Below are positions 39,401-50,214 of a stretch of 64,000 nt of DNA, piece after piece. How positions within the stretch are numbered: position 1 is the stretch's first letter; every line of letters begins with the position of its first letter. A program made the translations under genes and the position numbers. This DNA comes from Nemertoderma westbladi. Its lineage: Eukaryota; Animalia; Xenacoelomorpha. The stretch covers positions 62,001 through 126,000 of the forward strand of contig JAUCBJ010007607.1 in NCBI GenBank assembly GCA_032718475.1, in the 5' to 3' direction. The notes under the pieces are model-generated. The model saw only the letters and a program-made list of their open reading frames with translations, had not been told where the DNA came from and ran no database searches.

Positions 39401-42400
39401 TAATATTTCCCGAAAGTGAATAATATTTGTCAGAAATTATTTATTAACGATCAATCGAATAATACAGTAAGCTTACACTGCAATAACAATCTAAGCCCTC
39501 CGAATCCAGTCTCCCGGGTATATCCAGCGGGTGAATGGACGCGCACTAGGCTGGCTTTGGCTAATGTTGTGTTTATTGGTATTAAATACTTGTCATATGC
39601 TAAAGTCTATTTATAAACCAAAAGACATATAAATTTTGGCAGGTTAAACTGCTAATGGTCTTCAAAAGCGCGTACAACCTGGAATTCTTCACGTGAGGGT
39701 AAACTGCAAAGTGAAATATAATACACTTACTGTACTGTACTTAATTATTAGACAGCGATAATTCAGTTAATTTTTTTTTTTTTTAATAACTACACCCCAG
39801 TCGGGGTAAAATGACTGTATATTAATTAATTTTAATTAAATACCAAATAATATTATATACACCGAAATAACATGATAATTATTGAAGTCGATACAGTACA
39901 GTTTAGTTAGGCCTTATATTGATTTATTATGGTTGTGCTAAGGTTGATAAGGGTGGACAAAGTGTACATGAAAGACAGTGATAGCGGTCCGAGCATGAGT
40001 GCTGGCAGAATCGGCAGACACAGTTCTGTGACAGCGGTTGAAAAGGAGTTTGATCGGTGCAGAGTTTAAAATGAAAACCATGGGAAGTTGTCCGAGTTAC
40101 AACGTGTCGGTTTTTCTGATTTTGGCGTTTCCATATGTCCGAGGTGAAAGCGGGCCCGTTTATAAAACCTTGTTGGATGAAATTGATGTTTACGTATTGG
40201 ACTGAGGTGGATTTGCAGCTGTGGTAGACAGCTTGGAGCCACCGAGGGGTAACGAATAAACACTAGATCTATTACACTTTCTCCCTGGGGTGAGATGTAG
40301 GTAGGAGCAGATGGATCATTTAAACAATAGAATCCGAGTTGATTTAAATTATCTGATAAACATGCTCCACGGTTACCCTTATCCAATCGACAGTTGAAAT
40401 CGCCGGACACCACTATAGGTTTACTGTAGTCAGCGAATGAGATTGCTCGGTTAATAGAGAGAGTTATATCTTCTAGCACAGTATCAGGGTTAAAGTAAAA
40501 CACACTAAAATATCCCGAATTTGTTTTAATTGCTATGTAATTCCGATCCAGAGACACGATAGATGGATTCAAACACGGTTTGCATAGAATAATTATACCT
40601 TCGGACGGCCGACCCCGGGTGTGTTTCAGCGCGGGTTGGATAAATGAGTAATAGTTTGGAAAATCAATTTCTGACTTACAATATAAAGTTTCGGTGAGGA
40701 GTAAAACATCTGCACTACTGCTTAGTTCATTGTCATCGACATTATCGCGAATAAACTGTAGGCCCTCAACATTCCAGAGAACAATGTTGAGGAGGCGCCC
40801 CGTACCTACTGGGGGTTGTGTTGTTGGGTTTGATTTGATTCGTTGAGATGAGAGTCCGAATGAGTAAGTGCCATTTGTCCCGTAGGAGGCCACATTTGGT
40901 TGCCGAGATCCCCATTCTCTCGCGGTCTGACTCCATACCGAGCACGTTCGTCACCGCGTAATTGATAGTTTTGGATGGTTATTCCGCTATCCCAAAGTAG
41001 GGGATCCATGATTCGATCACGATCGGACTGGTTGCACACAATGTGAAAGCTATTAAACGTTGGGTTTTCCATTCTCGACGTTACAGGGTTGACTTCACTA
41101 AAGGGTACTCCTTCAGCGGTTAGATACGATGTGATATCTTCAGCAGTTGTTGACGGTACTAGTCTGCCGATATGTATGTGGGCATTACGTGGGGGTGACG
41201 GTGCTGCGCGAAGAGGGCCTCCGACCTTAACGCCGCGAGCGACTGGCGCGGTGCCCGGGGGTCTATAATATCGAGGAGGTCCTGGAGGGGGAACAGATGT
41301 TTGTGTACCGGGTGGGAGTCCCTGAGTGTTACCGGTAGGCCTTGCAGCATCAGCATATGAAACCAAGGTACTGGTAGGTGGGGGCGGGGTAACGGATCTG
41401 GAAGACTGGAGCTTTATCAGGTTGTCTTTCGAGGATATCGATTCCTGTTGAGCATTTGCGAGCCTACCCAAACAGGAGGTGAACATGGCCGACATGTCCA
41501 TCAGTTTATCCGTTACTAGTTTCTCATCTTCATTAGATACACTCTTTTTCAATTTGGCATTCCTGAATAGTCTGAGGATTTCTTCTTGGTGCGCGCTAAA
41601 TTTATCCGGATCCATAAGAAGATCAGCAGTACAGCAGTGAGTCAGTCACACAGCAGTACCAAGCGTACAGTCTTACAGTCTTACAGTCCCAGTATTTTAG
41701 TCAGACAAGTGTTTTGGTTATAATAGAATAAGGTTAGCTAATTGTTTTAACTGTTAACTAACTTTAACTTTAACTTGTTAACTAATTCAGTTAATTGGAT
41801 CTTTGTTGTGAATTATTTATCTTTTAAAGGATTTATTTTTTTGTTATCGACATAATTTATTAAAATTGGCCCAAATTCTGGCTATTTGTTAGGCACGTTG
41901 TTTCTTGGTGAAAAATGCAACGCTCATTTAAAAAGTGAGCCTTTGTGTAATCTTATTACCAAAGTCCAGCGCCACCTAGCACCACCCTGCAGTCACTGCA
42001 GTTGAAAAGTGTGTGCATGATCTAGTTACTATGGCAGGCGGCTGGCAAGAGGAAACGCGGTGTTCAGTCATGGACATTCCGAAACGTAAAAACCGAAATT
42101 GAAAGAAACGAAAATCTATCTAAGGCAGATTTAGATTGTGAACTGTGAAATTTTTGGACCGCATTATTAAAACAATTATTTTTCAGGCTCTAAACTTTTA
42201 TATTCTTATTTTAGGCGGAATGGGGAGTCGTAAGAATTCGCAGTTTTCGCAAATTAGTGTTTTTGATGAAACCGGTGAAATGCTACGAGAAATTTCTTGT
42301 CTCGATGGAGAAAATATTGATGATAATTCGAAAACAGTAATACCCAATCATAAAGTAGAACGTGGTAACAACAGAGCGGATATTGTAGAAATGAATTACA

Positions 42401-45400
42401 ATAACAGAGAGCAACCAAAACAATGGATTTCTAGTAATTGTAATAATCGAAATTCATCAAAAAGGTCAACATTGTCTCACAATGTAGGAAAACAAACAGT
42501 AACACCAATGTTACCATACCAACCTATATCCATAACTCCTAGATTTAGTCGAACTCCTGTATTAATTAGTGTATCTTCTAGAAAGGATTACCCAACTCAA
42601 ACTCCTCTCATTGGTTCAAACATAGGAACTTCCCTATACAGTTTGACTAATCGCAGCTTCTCTTCGGAGTTTATCGATGGTATAAATAATGACACGAATG
42701 CAAATAATGAAGAATATGGTGATCAGAGCGGTGTTTACATGGCAACATTACGTTCGGATTGTAAGCCTCCATTTCTGTGCAAATGGTCTGAATGCTACCA
42801 GGTGAGTGAGCTACCAGTTGAGTGAGCTACCATGCGAGTGAGCTACCAGGTGAGTGAGCTACCATGCGAGTGAGCTACCAGGTGAGTGAGCTACCAGGTG
42901 AGTGAGCTACCAGGTGAGTGAGCTACCAGGTGAGTGAGCTACAAGGTGAGTGAGATACCAAAGCTACATCGCTCAAGCCTCTATCCGTTTGGCAAATGCT
43001 GATACAAGCATAAACTAAAAATTTTGAAATTCCCGCGCGCACTACAATTAACAGCTAAGCTAAACTAAGCTAAGCTTAGCTAAGCACCATTATTGTACAG
43101 TAGCCTGGTGGTGTGTGAGGTTTTTCTTTTTAATATAACTTTTATGTGTCTTTTTATATCTTTGTCTAGTTTGTCATTAGAAAAAGCACATAGCAGTCTA
43201 AAAAAAACCAGCTGAGAATGGTTATATGAAGTAATACAGTCAAATATATATCTTCATATTCTCTATTTCAAACATTTATTTCAATATGTACATGAATTTT
43301 TGTTCGATATGAAGTTATTATCTTCACATTGTTCCGCTTCAATTACAAATTCAATATTATACTACCATATATATACTTATATATATATATATATGTATAC
43401 GTATACGTATATACTACCTTATATATGTTACAGCTATTTCACCACTTGTCAATATTTGTGACACACATTGAAAGCACCCATGTGGAAACACAGAAGAAAA
43501 ATGGAAATTACATCTGCAGATGGGCTGGTTGCCAACGGCAACAGAAGTCATTTAACGCGCGATATAAACTGATTGTTCACATGAGAGTCCACAGTGGGGA
43601 GAGACCCAACATATGCCCCGTGAGTCATTCAAATATATCCCAATAGATAATTGAATAAAACAGATTCAAAGTCTGTCAACAATTAACTGCTGCATGAACA
43701 ATTAAGATTTTTTTTTAATATTAATTATTATTAAATAATTAATTATTATTTATTTTAAAATTAATAATTATTAATAAATAAATTACTCAAACTAATTTCA
43801 GGTTGAGTCTTGTAATCGGATGTTTTCTAGATGGGAAAATCTTAAGATTCATTTACGGAACCACACTGGAGAAAGGCCCTACCCATGCACAAACCCAATG
43901 TGTAACAAAGCGTTCAGTAACAGCTCAGGTACGTAAAATAGTAAATGAATAGGATAATTTTTTAGTTTATTTAAACTCCGTTCACTGTGTTATCTTCCAC
44001 TATCTGTTTTCCAAGTCGCCTTGGTTTCCATTTATCGATCAGTTAAGGATGAAAGCCAGGGTGGTGGTGCTAAGATGCCATAATTAAAAGCACTTTACCC
44101 AAATAGTGCTGCCCAATCATGGAATCGAACCGGGGCCTCTTGATTGGTAGCACAGGAATGCCCACGCCTAGAACGAGCTACTGCTTGGTAAAATAGCCAA
44201 TAAAAACTAAATACTAATTACAAATTACAATATATATATATTTTTGAATTAAAGTTTAATATCCGATCTAGAGAGATCCCAAGGAATCCAATTCATTCAT
44301 ACCGTATGTACACTGTACAGTACAGTGACATTGATTACATAGACAACTATTTACGACAACAAATTACATAATGCCTTAAGACAGTTTGTGTTTGTATGTA
44401 TTTTAATCTGTTACGAAATCTATTATTTTTTTCAAAATTTTTGCCTTAATATATTAACTTCAAACTATTTTTTGGTGAATTATTTGTTATATATTTCTTT
44501 GTTTTTGTTATGTATTTTTAAAAATGGACATATGTTAATTTATCTGTGCCAGTGTTTTTGTGGTCGACTTATATATGTTTTCGTTGACTACACAATACTA
44601 AAATTAAACTAATTTCATTGAAATATCGCGTTTTAGATCGCGCCAAACATATGAGAACGCACATTGACAGCAAACCATATGTATGTCAGCTGCCCAACTG
44701 TACGAAAAGGTACACTGACCCCAGTTCCTTGCGTAAACATATGAAGCTACACTCGAACGCATCTCAGTTATTAGACTCTGTATCTAAAACATCGTCGCAG
44801 TTTCAAGTCAGGAAAAAGGTGCCTCATAATGTGATATTAATCGGTTACGTATCTATTTTCTTCTGAGTTATAATTACTCGAAATATAGAAAGTAAAATAA
44901 GTAAATAGGCCTAATTATGGCAAGAATAGGCGAGAATCAACGAATTTATGCGTAATGTTAATGTATCGCAAATTGTGAAAAATTCGCCAATATACCGTAC
45001 AGTATATTAAATAAAATTGCATAAATGTTACTGTAGGAAGTCAAGTTAAACATCGTGTGAAATATTTTTCTGGGTAACAGATAAAATTATATTTAACTAA
45101 CAAGTCAAACTTTCATTTTAAATTTGTTATAGTTGAAAACAAAGAGCAATCAACTTTCACCTATAATAAATACAACAATCTTACCTCAACCTACGCAACA
45201 GTCATACCCAAACCAGTACTATATGCAACCCTTAGCTGTCAGTGGTAACTCATTCCCATTGGACAGTATCCTCACTGTGGGATGTAACTCTGACCAATCT
45301 GAATGCAAGAAATATCCGTTGGTGCATACAGACACCCAGGACAGCGGATTGGGCGCCTCATTGTCCACAGGTAAGACATTATTTATTATGTTTGTATATG

Positions 45401-46732
45401 TTTGTATATGTTTGTTTATATTGAATATCGTAGCTTAAGTGTCATAAGGATAAGGCCCTAAGTCAAAGAGCCTACAAAAGATATCGAAAGATATATTATG
45501 ATGGCCTTTCTGCAGTAAGATATTGCCCAATAGGAATGTCGGATTTCACTTTACCACGTAATAATCATCACTTCCCATTGGATAAAATATTCAAAACTTC
45601 ACCAGCTAATACAGCATGTCTTAAAGCAACGATATATATATATGAATTAGATGGTGTTTCTTTTTATTCGAAGTTTTTTTAACATGTAAAACATACAATA
45701 TTGGTATAAATATATAGAAAAATATCCCCTCACCAAACAGTTAGACTATCACCAGCTGATAGGTTGGTTGCTAGGCTACCAACCAAACATAACACACATA
45801 AACAGCTATTTTTTCCAAAATTGTAACATTACTCAACGTCATTAGTATTAACAGTGAGTTGTTATTTAGCACTTTACAACTTTTGATGACATTACAGCAT
45901 TGTATTGGCCTGTAGTACATTTAGTATTGTATTGGTGTTGTAATGTCCCTTGTTTATGTATAACCAATGACGGCGAGCTGTAAAGTTACGGCGTCATTGG
46001 TTACCATGTAAACAATAGGTGGCATTTATAATTAATTGCCTGACAGCCAGATAGGCCTACTGCATTACCTACCGGTAGGCGGTGTATAGCTATTAGTAAC
46101 CAGGACCTATACATTAACATGGCTCCAAACGCCACCATAAATATAAGCTAACATATTTATAACATAATTTATGTCATTTTTACATTTATTTATGCAGCAA
46201 CTAATTTAATTTGTTCAGTTTCTATCAGTTATAATATATATACAATCATTTCGTAATGTTAAAATTTTGGAATGAAACTACATACATAGTTGTTGCAAAG
46301 TACTTTACAGTGTTCTGAACCTCGTGGCTTTATTTCCACTCACCCACTAACGTTCGTTCGTGTAACAAAGCCACTCGGATATCATCACACTGTAAAGTGC
46401 TACTTTACACACCAGTATGTAAATAGTTATTACAGATGACGCCGTAGTTGTTAAGGTTAAAGTCGTCCCCACACCCATCACACAACCTGGGCACGTCGCA
46501 GTTGTCTCTGAATATGTAAATTAGTACTGAATATAATATAATAATATAAATTATGATTATACAACATGTTTTTTTAATTCTTATAGGTAATATGAGTTCT
46601 CGTTGTGAAACTTCTACAACTTTTTCCAATAAAGATAAATTTCTTGGTGAGGTTTCAGTATTGAGTTCCAAAACTTTCGCACAAAGATCCCAAACACTCA
46701 GTGCTAATATATTCCAGTTACCAAGGATATAG
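32964..46732 (+). CDS. GLIS3: GLIS1/3-family (GLI-similar) C2H2 zinc-finger transcription factor, ~9 coding exons
   Basis: Exons ~32964-33492, ~37699-37861, 38169-38383, 42215-42801, 43434-43619, 43802-43928, 44637-44818, 45133-45370, 46587-46732, with phase-compatible GT-AG introns. N-terminal block [32 protein letters not shown]; five fingers including [30 protein letters not shown] and [21 protein letters not shown] favours GLIS1/3 over GLI. The symbol indicates the family, not 1:1 orthology. Confidence 0.88.
33649..35165 (-). mobile_element. nested RTE LINEs: family B (33811-34870) inside family A (33649-33810 and 34908-35165), in GLIS intron 1
   Basis: Flanks match 19757-20205; the middle matches 25915-26960. 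Confidence 0.85.
35205..35347 (+). mobile_element. CR1-group LINE 3' end
   Basis: GGACCCCCTTGGAAATAAG...GGGGTAATCC block and AATAAATCTATCTATCTATC tail. Confidence 0.55.
35353..37540. mobile_element. 2.2-kb non-autonomous inverted-repeat element with a GACA/GACG microsatellite (DINE-1/HINE-like)
   Basis: 28-bp IR GGCTGGTTGCGAGAAAAGGGACCTGGGG at 35353 and inverted at 37513-37540; third partial inverted copy at ~35512; microsatellite at 37440-37478. Confidence 0.7.
37699..37861 (+). CDS. GLIS exon ending [10 protein letters not shown]
   Basis: AG|GTAAGA donor at 37862 joins in frame to 38169; acceptor position uncertain (37699 or 37705). Confidence 0.75.
38169..38383 (+). CDS. GLIS exon with the conserved N-terminal block
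   Basis: [27 protein letters not shown]; TACAG acceptor and G|GTTAG donor. Confidence 0.9.
38498..39690 (+). mobile_element. BEL-1-family LTR (38498-39627) plus PBS, truncated, in GLIS intron 3
   Basis: TGTAAAAGCTTTTGC...AAGACA then TGGCAGGTTAAAC; diverged inverted homolog of 4300-5501. Confidence 0.8.
39772..41782 (-). mobile_element. internally deleted LINE (ORF1 + endonuclease + ORF2 C-terminus, no RT)
   Basis: Poly(A) at ~39771-39784; TSD TAATTCAGTTAATT at ~39759 and ~41783; ORF1 40806-41615; APE WNVEGL/LTET/SGDFN/SVIDL; tail HGFHFKLC...[15 protein letters not shown]. Confidence 0.8.
40806..41615 (-). CDS. LINE ORF1-like protein (coiled coil + RRM-like C-terminus)
   Basis: Intact 269-aa ATG ORF; [19 protein letters not shown]...SFHIVC...LLWDSGITI pattern typical of LINE ORF1. 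Confidence 0.7.
   Translation of the reverse strand: MDPDKFSAHQEEILRLFRNAKLKKSVSNEDEKLVTDKLMDMSAMFTSCLGRLANAQQESISSKDNLIKLQSSRSVTPPPPTSTLVSYADAARPTGNTQGLPPGTQTSVPPPGPPRYYRPPGTAPVARGVKVGGPLRAAPSPPRNAHIHIGRLVPSTTAEDITSYLTAEGVPFSEVNPVTSRMENPTFNSFHIVCNQSDRDRIMDPLLWDSGITIQNYQLRGDERARYGVRPRENGDLGNQMWPPTGQMALTHSDSHLNESNQTQQHNPQ
42215..42801 (+). CDS. GLIS exon ending in the first half of ZF1
   Basis: TTTTAG acceptor; ...[10 protein letters not shown]|GTGAGT. Confidence 0.85.
42795..42960 (+). repeat. 16-bp tandem repeat (10 copies) of the exon-4 splice donor
   Basis: CTACCAGGTGAGTGAG units begin in the exon end. Confidence 0.92.
43434..43619 (+). CDS. GLIS exon ZF1/ZF2
   Basis: HIESTH...CRWAGC...[23 protein letters not shown]. 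Confidence 0.95.
43802..43928 (+). CDS. GLIS exon ZF3/ZF4
   Basis: [42 protein letters not shown], translated by hand (absent from the ORF track). Confidence 0.95.
43995..44187 (-). mobile_element. tRNA-derived SINE
   Basis: B box GGTTCGATTCC on the minus strand, A-box-like TAGCTCGTTCTAGG, downstream GGCTTTCATCCTT...TCGATAAATG block resembling conserved SINE central domains. Confidence 0.6.
44637..44818 (+). CDS. GLIS exon ZF4/ZF5
   Basis: [39 protein letters not shown]. Confidence 0.93.
45133..45370 (+). CDS. GLIS C-terminal exon
   Basis: TATAG acceptor, CAG|GTAAGA donor, phase compatible; contains a DSGLGAS motif. Confidence 0.75.
46297..46405. repeat. short hairpin/MITE-like inverted repeat
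   Basis: ACTTTACAGTG...GTGGCTTT / AAAGCCAC...CACTGTAAAGT. Confidence 0.55.
46587..46732 (+). CDS. GLIS probable last coding exon
   Basis: Pyrimidine tract plus TATAG; open to TAG ...FQLPRI*; AATAAA at ~47034. Confidence 0.65.
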
Positions 46733-47185
46733 AAGAATGGAGACAGCAAAGCAACCTACAGTAACTGACTTATTTTGTGATTGTTTCCTCTGTTTTAATG
46801 CTTTTGAAAAAAAAAACTAAAATTTTAAATTATAATGATTAAAGACAATGATATAAATATCAATACATTCAGTACTGTATAATAATAATAATATAATAAT
46901 ATATAATAATAATATTATATAATAATATATTTTTTGAAGGAATTCAATTAATCTGAAATTTTTAATTTTTTTTAATTTTAATTTTTTTAATGTAATTAAT
47001 AGTTTTATTTTTTAAGTTTTTGTATTTGGTGCTAATAAAATTAATATTTACACGAAACAAAATTAATTAATGTTAACTAAAATTAATTGGCTTAAAAAAG
47101 GATATTATTGATAGCAAGAGAGATATGAATCCCTTAAGAACTTACACTCAATTTATTTTGTACGTAAGTCTAAGTATCTGCTTAA

Positions 47186-48327
47186 GGGAGGGGGGGGGGG
47201 GGGGGGGGGGTAGTAGCGCATTTTCTGACCAAAAAGACTAATTTTTGAAACATATGCAATCTGATGCAGAATTTCATGCTGAATCCAAATATGGAAACCG
47301 TTTTCCGATATCTTGCTTAGTTTTCAAGATATCTGGGATAGAATATACTGGCTCCAATATATCGCGATATCAGTAAAGGCAATGAAGTTTGGGATTTGCA
47401 TTCAATTTCTGCAAATTTCTGTGCTCAGTGGTGCCAATTGGATGTCTCCATGAGAAAGAGCACAAAATTTTAATTGAGAAGGTATTTTTTATGATTATTG
47501 GAGCTACTGATCAGTTTATAAGACAACTTCAAGTCTCCGGAATGAAGACGGAACTCGAATAAGCGACTCTGCGGTCTTTGCGCGATTACACGGAATAGAC
47601 TTATCGGTCATCGGAGATCTTCAAAATGTATAATCTCCAGTTCTAGTGGTCGTACGAAGTTCGTTTTAGGCTCATTCGAAAGCTCTTTTCTTAGAGAACA
47701 AAGGTACCATTTGATTTAAGCAAAATGGTTGTAAAGCAACATAACATGAATTTGGGTAAAATATGCCTTGCAAATTTTGTTCAAGTTATGATTGCTCAGG
47801 CAGCTTTCAAGAGTTTGCCAAACCAAATGGTAACTTTAGTCTCTGAGAAAAAAACTTTCGAATGAGCCCAAAACTAACTCGGTACGACCACTAGAACTGG
47901 AGATTATGCATTTTGAAGATCTCCGATGACCGATAAGTCTATTCCGTGTAATCCCACAAAGACCGCAGAGTCGCTTATTCGAGTCCCGTCTTCATTCCAG
48001 AGACTTGAAGTTGTCTTATAAACTGATCAGTAGGTCCAATAATCATAAAAAAAATACCTTCTTAATTACAATTTTGTGCTCTTTCTCATGGAGACATCCA
48101 ATTGGCACCACTGAGCACAGAAATTTGCAGAAATTGAATGCAAACCCCAAACTTCATTGCCTTTACCGATATCGCGATATATTGGAGCCAGTATATTCTA
48201 TCCTAGATATCTCGAAAACTAAGCAAGATATGGGAAAACGGTTTCCATATTTGGATTCAGCATGAAATTCTACATCAGATAGGATATGTTTCAAAAATTC
48301 GACGTTTTGGTCAGAAAATGCGCTACC
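47186..48327. mobile_element. foldback Kolobok-like MITE (~1.1-kb imperfect palindrome), right tip missing
   Basis: TTAA then G-run and GTAGCGCATTTTCTGACCAAAA; ~550-bp arms mirror around ~47765. Confidence 0.82.
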
Positions 48328-48328
48328 A

Positions 48329-48472
48329 AATTGCTGCAAAGCTATACAATAGGATTCTACAGTATTAAATCGCATCAGGGATCCCATTGAGAGACTGCTC
48401 CGTGGAAATCAGAATGGGTTCCGTAAAGGTCGTGGGACCATGGAGCCCATTTTGGCACTTAGAAGGATAATT
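48329..48472 (+). mobile_element. ~145-bp internal RT fragment of RTE family B
   Basis: Reverse complement of ~27358-27495 (IAAKLYNRI...NQNGFRKGRGTMEPILALRRI). Confidence 0.85.
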
Positions 48473-50214
48473 CACAGTGGGGCTTAACTTGGTTTTTGGC
48501 AAAGGTTCATGTAAACAAGTTTTTTGAGCTTAGTTGGTCCCCTAATGTAAAAATTGACAAAAATTAAAATATTTCATGGGTGGCTTTTTAAATTAATACT
48601 ATTTAAGTAATTATTTAATACTAATCATATTACTAAATTTCATAACTTACTCCCCCAAACATATTGACAGGTTTATTTTGCTCCATTGGTGTCACTTTGT
48701 TCACAAAATAAAAAAAATAAAAATTTCATGGGTGGCTTTTAATATAATGCTATTTAATTATTTATTTAATACTAAATATTATTACCTTTAACAAAGGATG
48801 TTACCCCTTTCCTGAAAACAAGTTTTTTTGCTCTAATCATGTCTCGATGAATAAAATATAAAAAATTAGAAAGTTTCATGGGTGGCTTTTAATATAAATG
48901 CTATTTAATTATTTATTTAATACTAAATATTATTACCTTTAACTAAGGATGTTTGTTACTCCATCCCATACATGAAAACAAGTTTGTTTGGCTCCAAGCA
49001 TGTCTTGATGAATAAAATACAAAAAATTAGAAAGTTTCATGGGTGGCTTTTAATATAAATGCTCTTTAATTATTTATTTAATACTAAATATTATTACATT
49101 TAACAAAGGATGATTGGTACTCTTTCCCATACATGAAAACTAGTTTTTTTGGCTTCAAGCATGTCTTGATGAATAAAATATAAAAAATTTGAAAGTTTTC
49201 TGGGTGGCGTTTAATATTACAACTATTTTATTATTCAATTAATACTAAATATTATTACTTATATATCTATACAGTACTGTATTTAAGCTCATTATTTATA
49301 CAATGAAGGACTGGCGTAGATCAGCAGTTGTAAGATATGGACCAGACCACAATCTTCGTAAAAAATCCCATATTTTCAAACATTTTATCTATAATCTATG
49401 TATTTATTTACTTTTTCTATTAATATAATTCCTCAACTGCGGTGGTCAGTAACATTGTATCAATAATCATGGTGTCTTACCTACAACTGTACTCTTTCTA
49501 TATAATTGTTTATTTTTAAGGCATATTTTTCATTCATTCATTCTTAAGTGGTTATTAAGTTAAATATAAAATAAGAACATCGATCTTATTATAAATTTAT
49601 AAAACATCACAAACTATTTAATTTGATTTCTTACTTAACCTTACACACTGCAGATAATGGTGCGCCATTATCTGATATACCTTAATGTATACATGTATAT
49701 AGACTAATGTTGTTAGTGGACTGAAATGTTTATTTCGTTCCTGAAAAATGCCACATGATTCTAAGTTTGGGTTATTTTCTGAACAAGCATCAGAAGAAGT
49801 CCATGCGGACTTTGAAAAAAATTATAAAGTTTTAGAAGTCATCCAAGATACGCAAATGAGCTACTTCGAGCAGTTAAGGAATATAATTCGAAACATGTAT
49901 AAACTATTTTTGGTTTTTAATGGAGTATACTGTACTGTAGGTACTGTATATCAAAATATTAAAAAAATTTTAGTATTAATTGGATAAATAAATAGTTGTA
50001 TTATTAAAAATTACCAATGAAACTTTCTATTTTTTATATTATAATCATCAAGACATGCTTGGAGCCAAAATAAACTTGTTTTCATGAATGGGATAGAGTA
50101 ACAAACATCCTTTGTTAAAGGTGATGAATTATTTCACTATAAGGTAGCATTTGTAGTTTAACTTTAACGTAAAAACTTTTGAAAATCCGACGTATTTTGA
50201 TTAAGTTACAGTAA
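48473..50214 (+). mobile_element. Transib/Chapaev-like DNA transposon deletion derivative, interrupted by BEL element 2
   Basis: Begins CACAGTG; subterminal ~150-160-bp tandem units at 48570-49260 with an inverted copy at 49965-50125; transposase C-terminal remnant FGLFSEQASEEVHADF / HPRYANELLRAVKEYNSKHV*. Confidence 0.6.

Noticed and set aside
32964-46732. Calling the gene GLI/cubitus interruptus or ZIC
   Set aside because: Finger residues (FNARYKL, RVHSGE, RTH-x-D-x-KPY) and the short C-terminus fit GLIS1/3
48473-48500. Complete V(D)J recombination signal
   Set aside because: The nonamer-like GGTTTTTGG is inverted relative to the heptamer and the spacer is 11 nt
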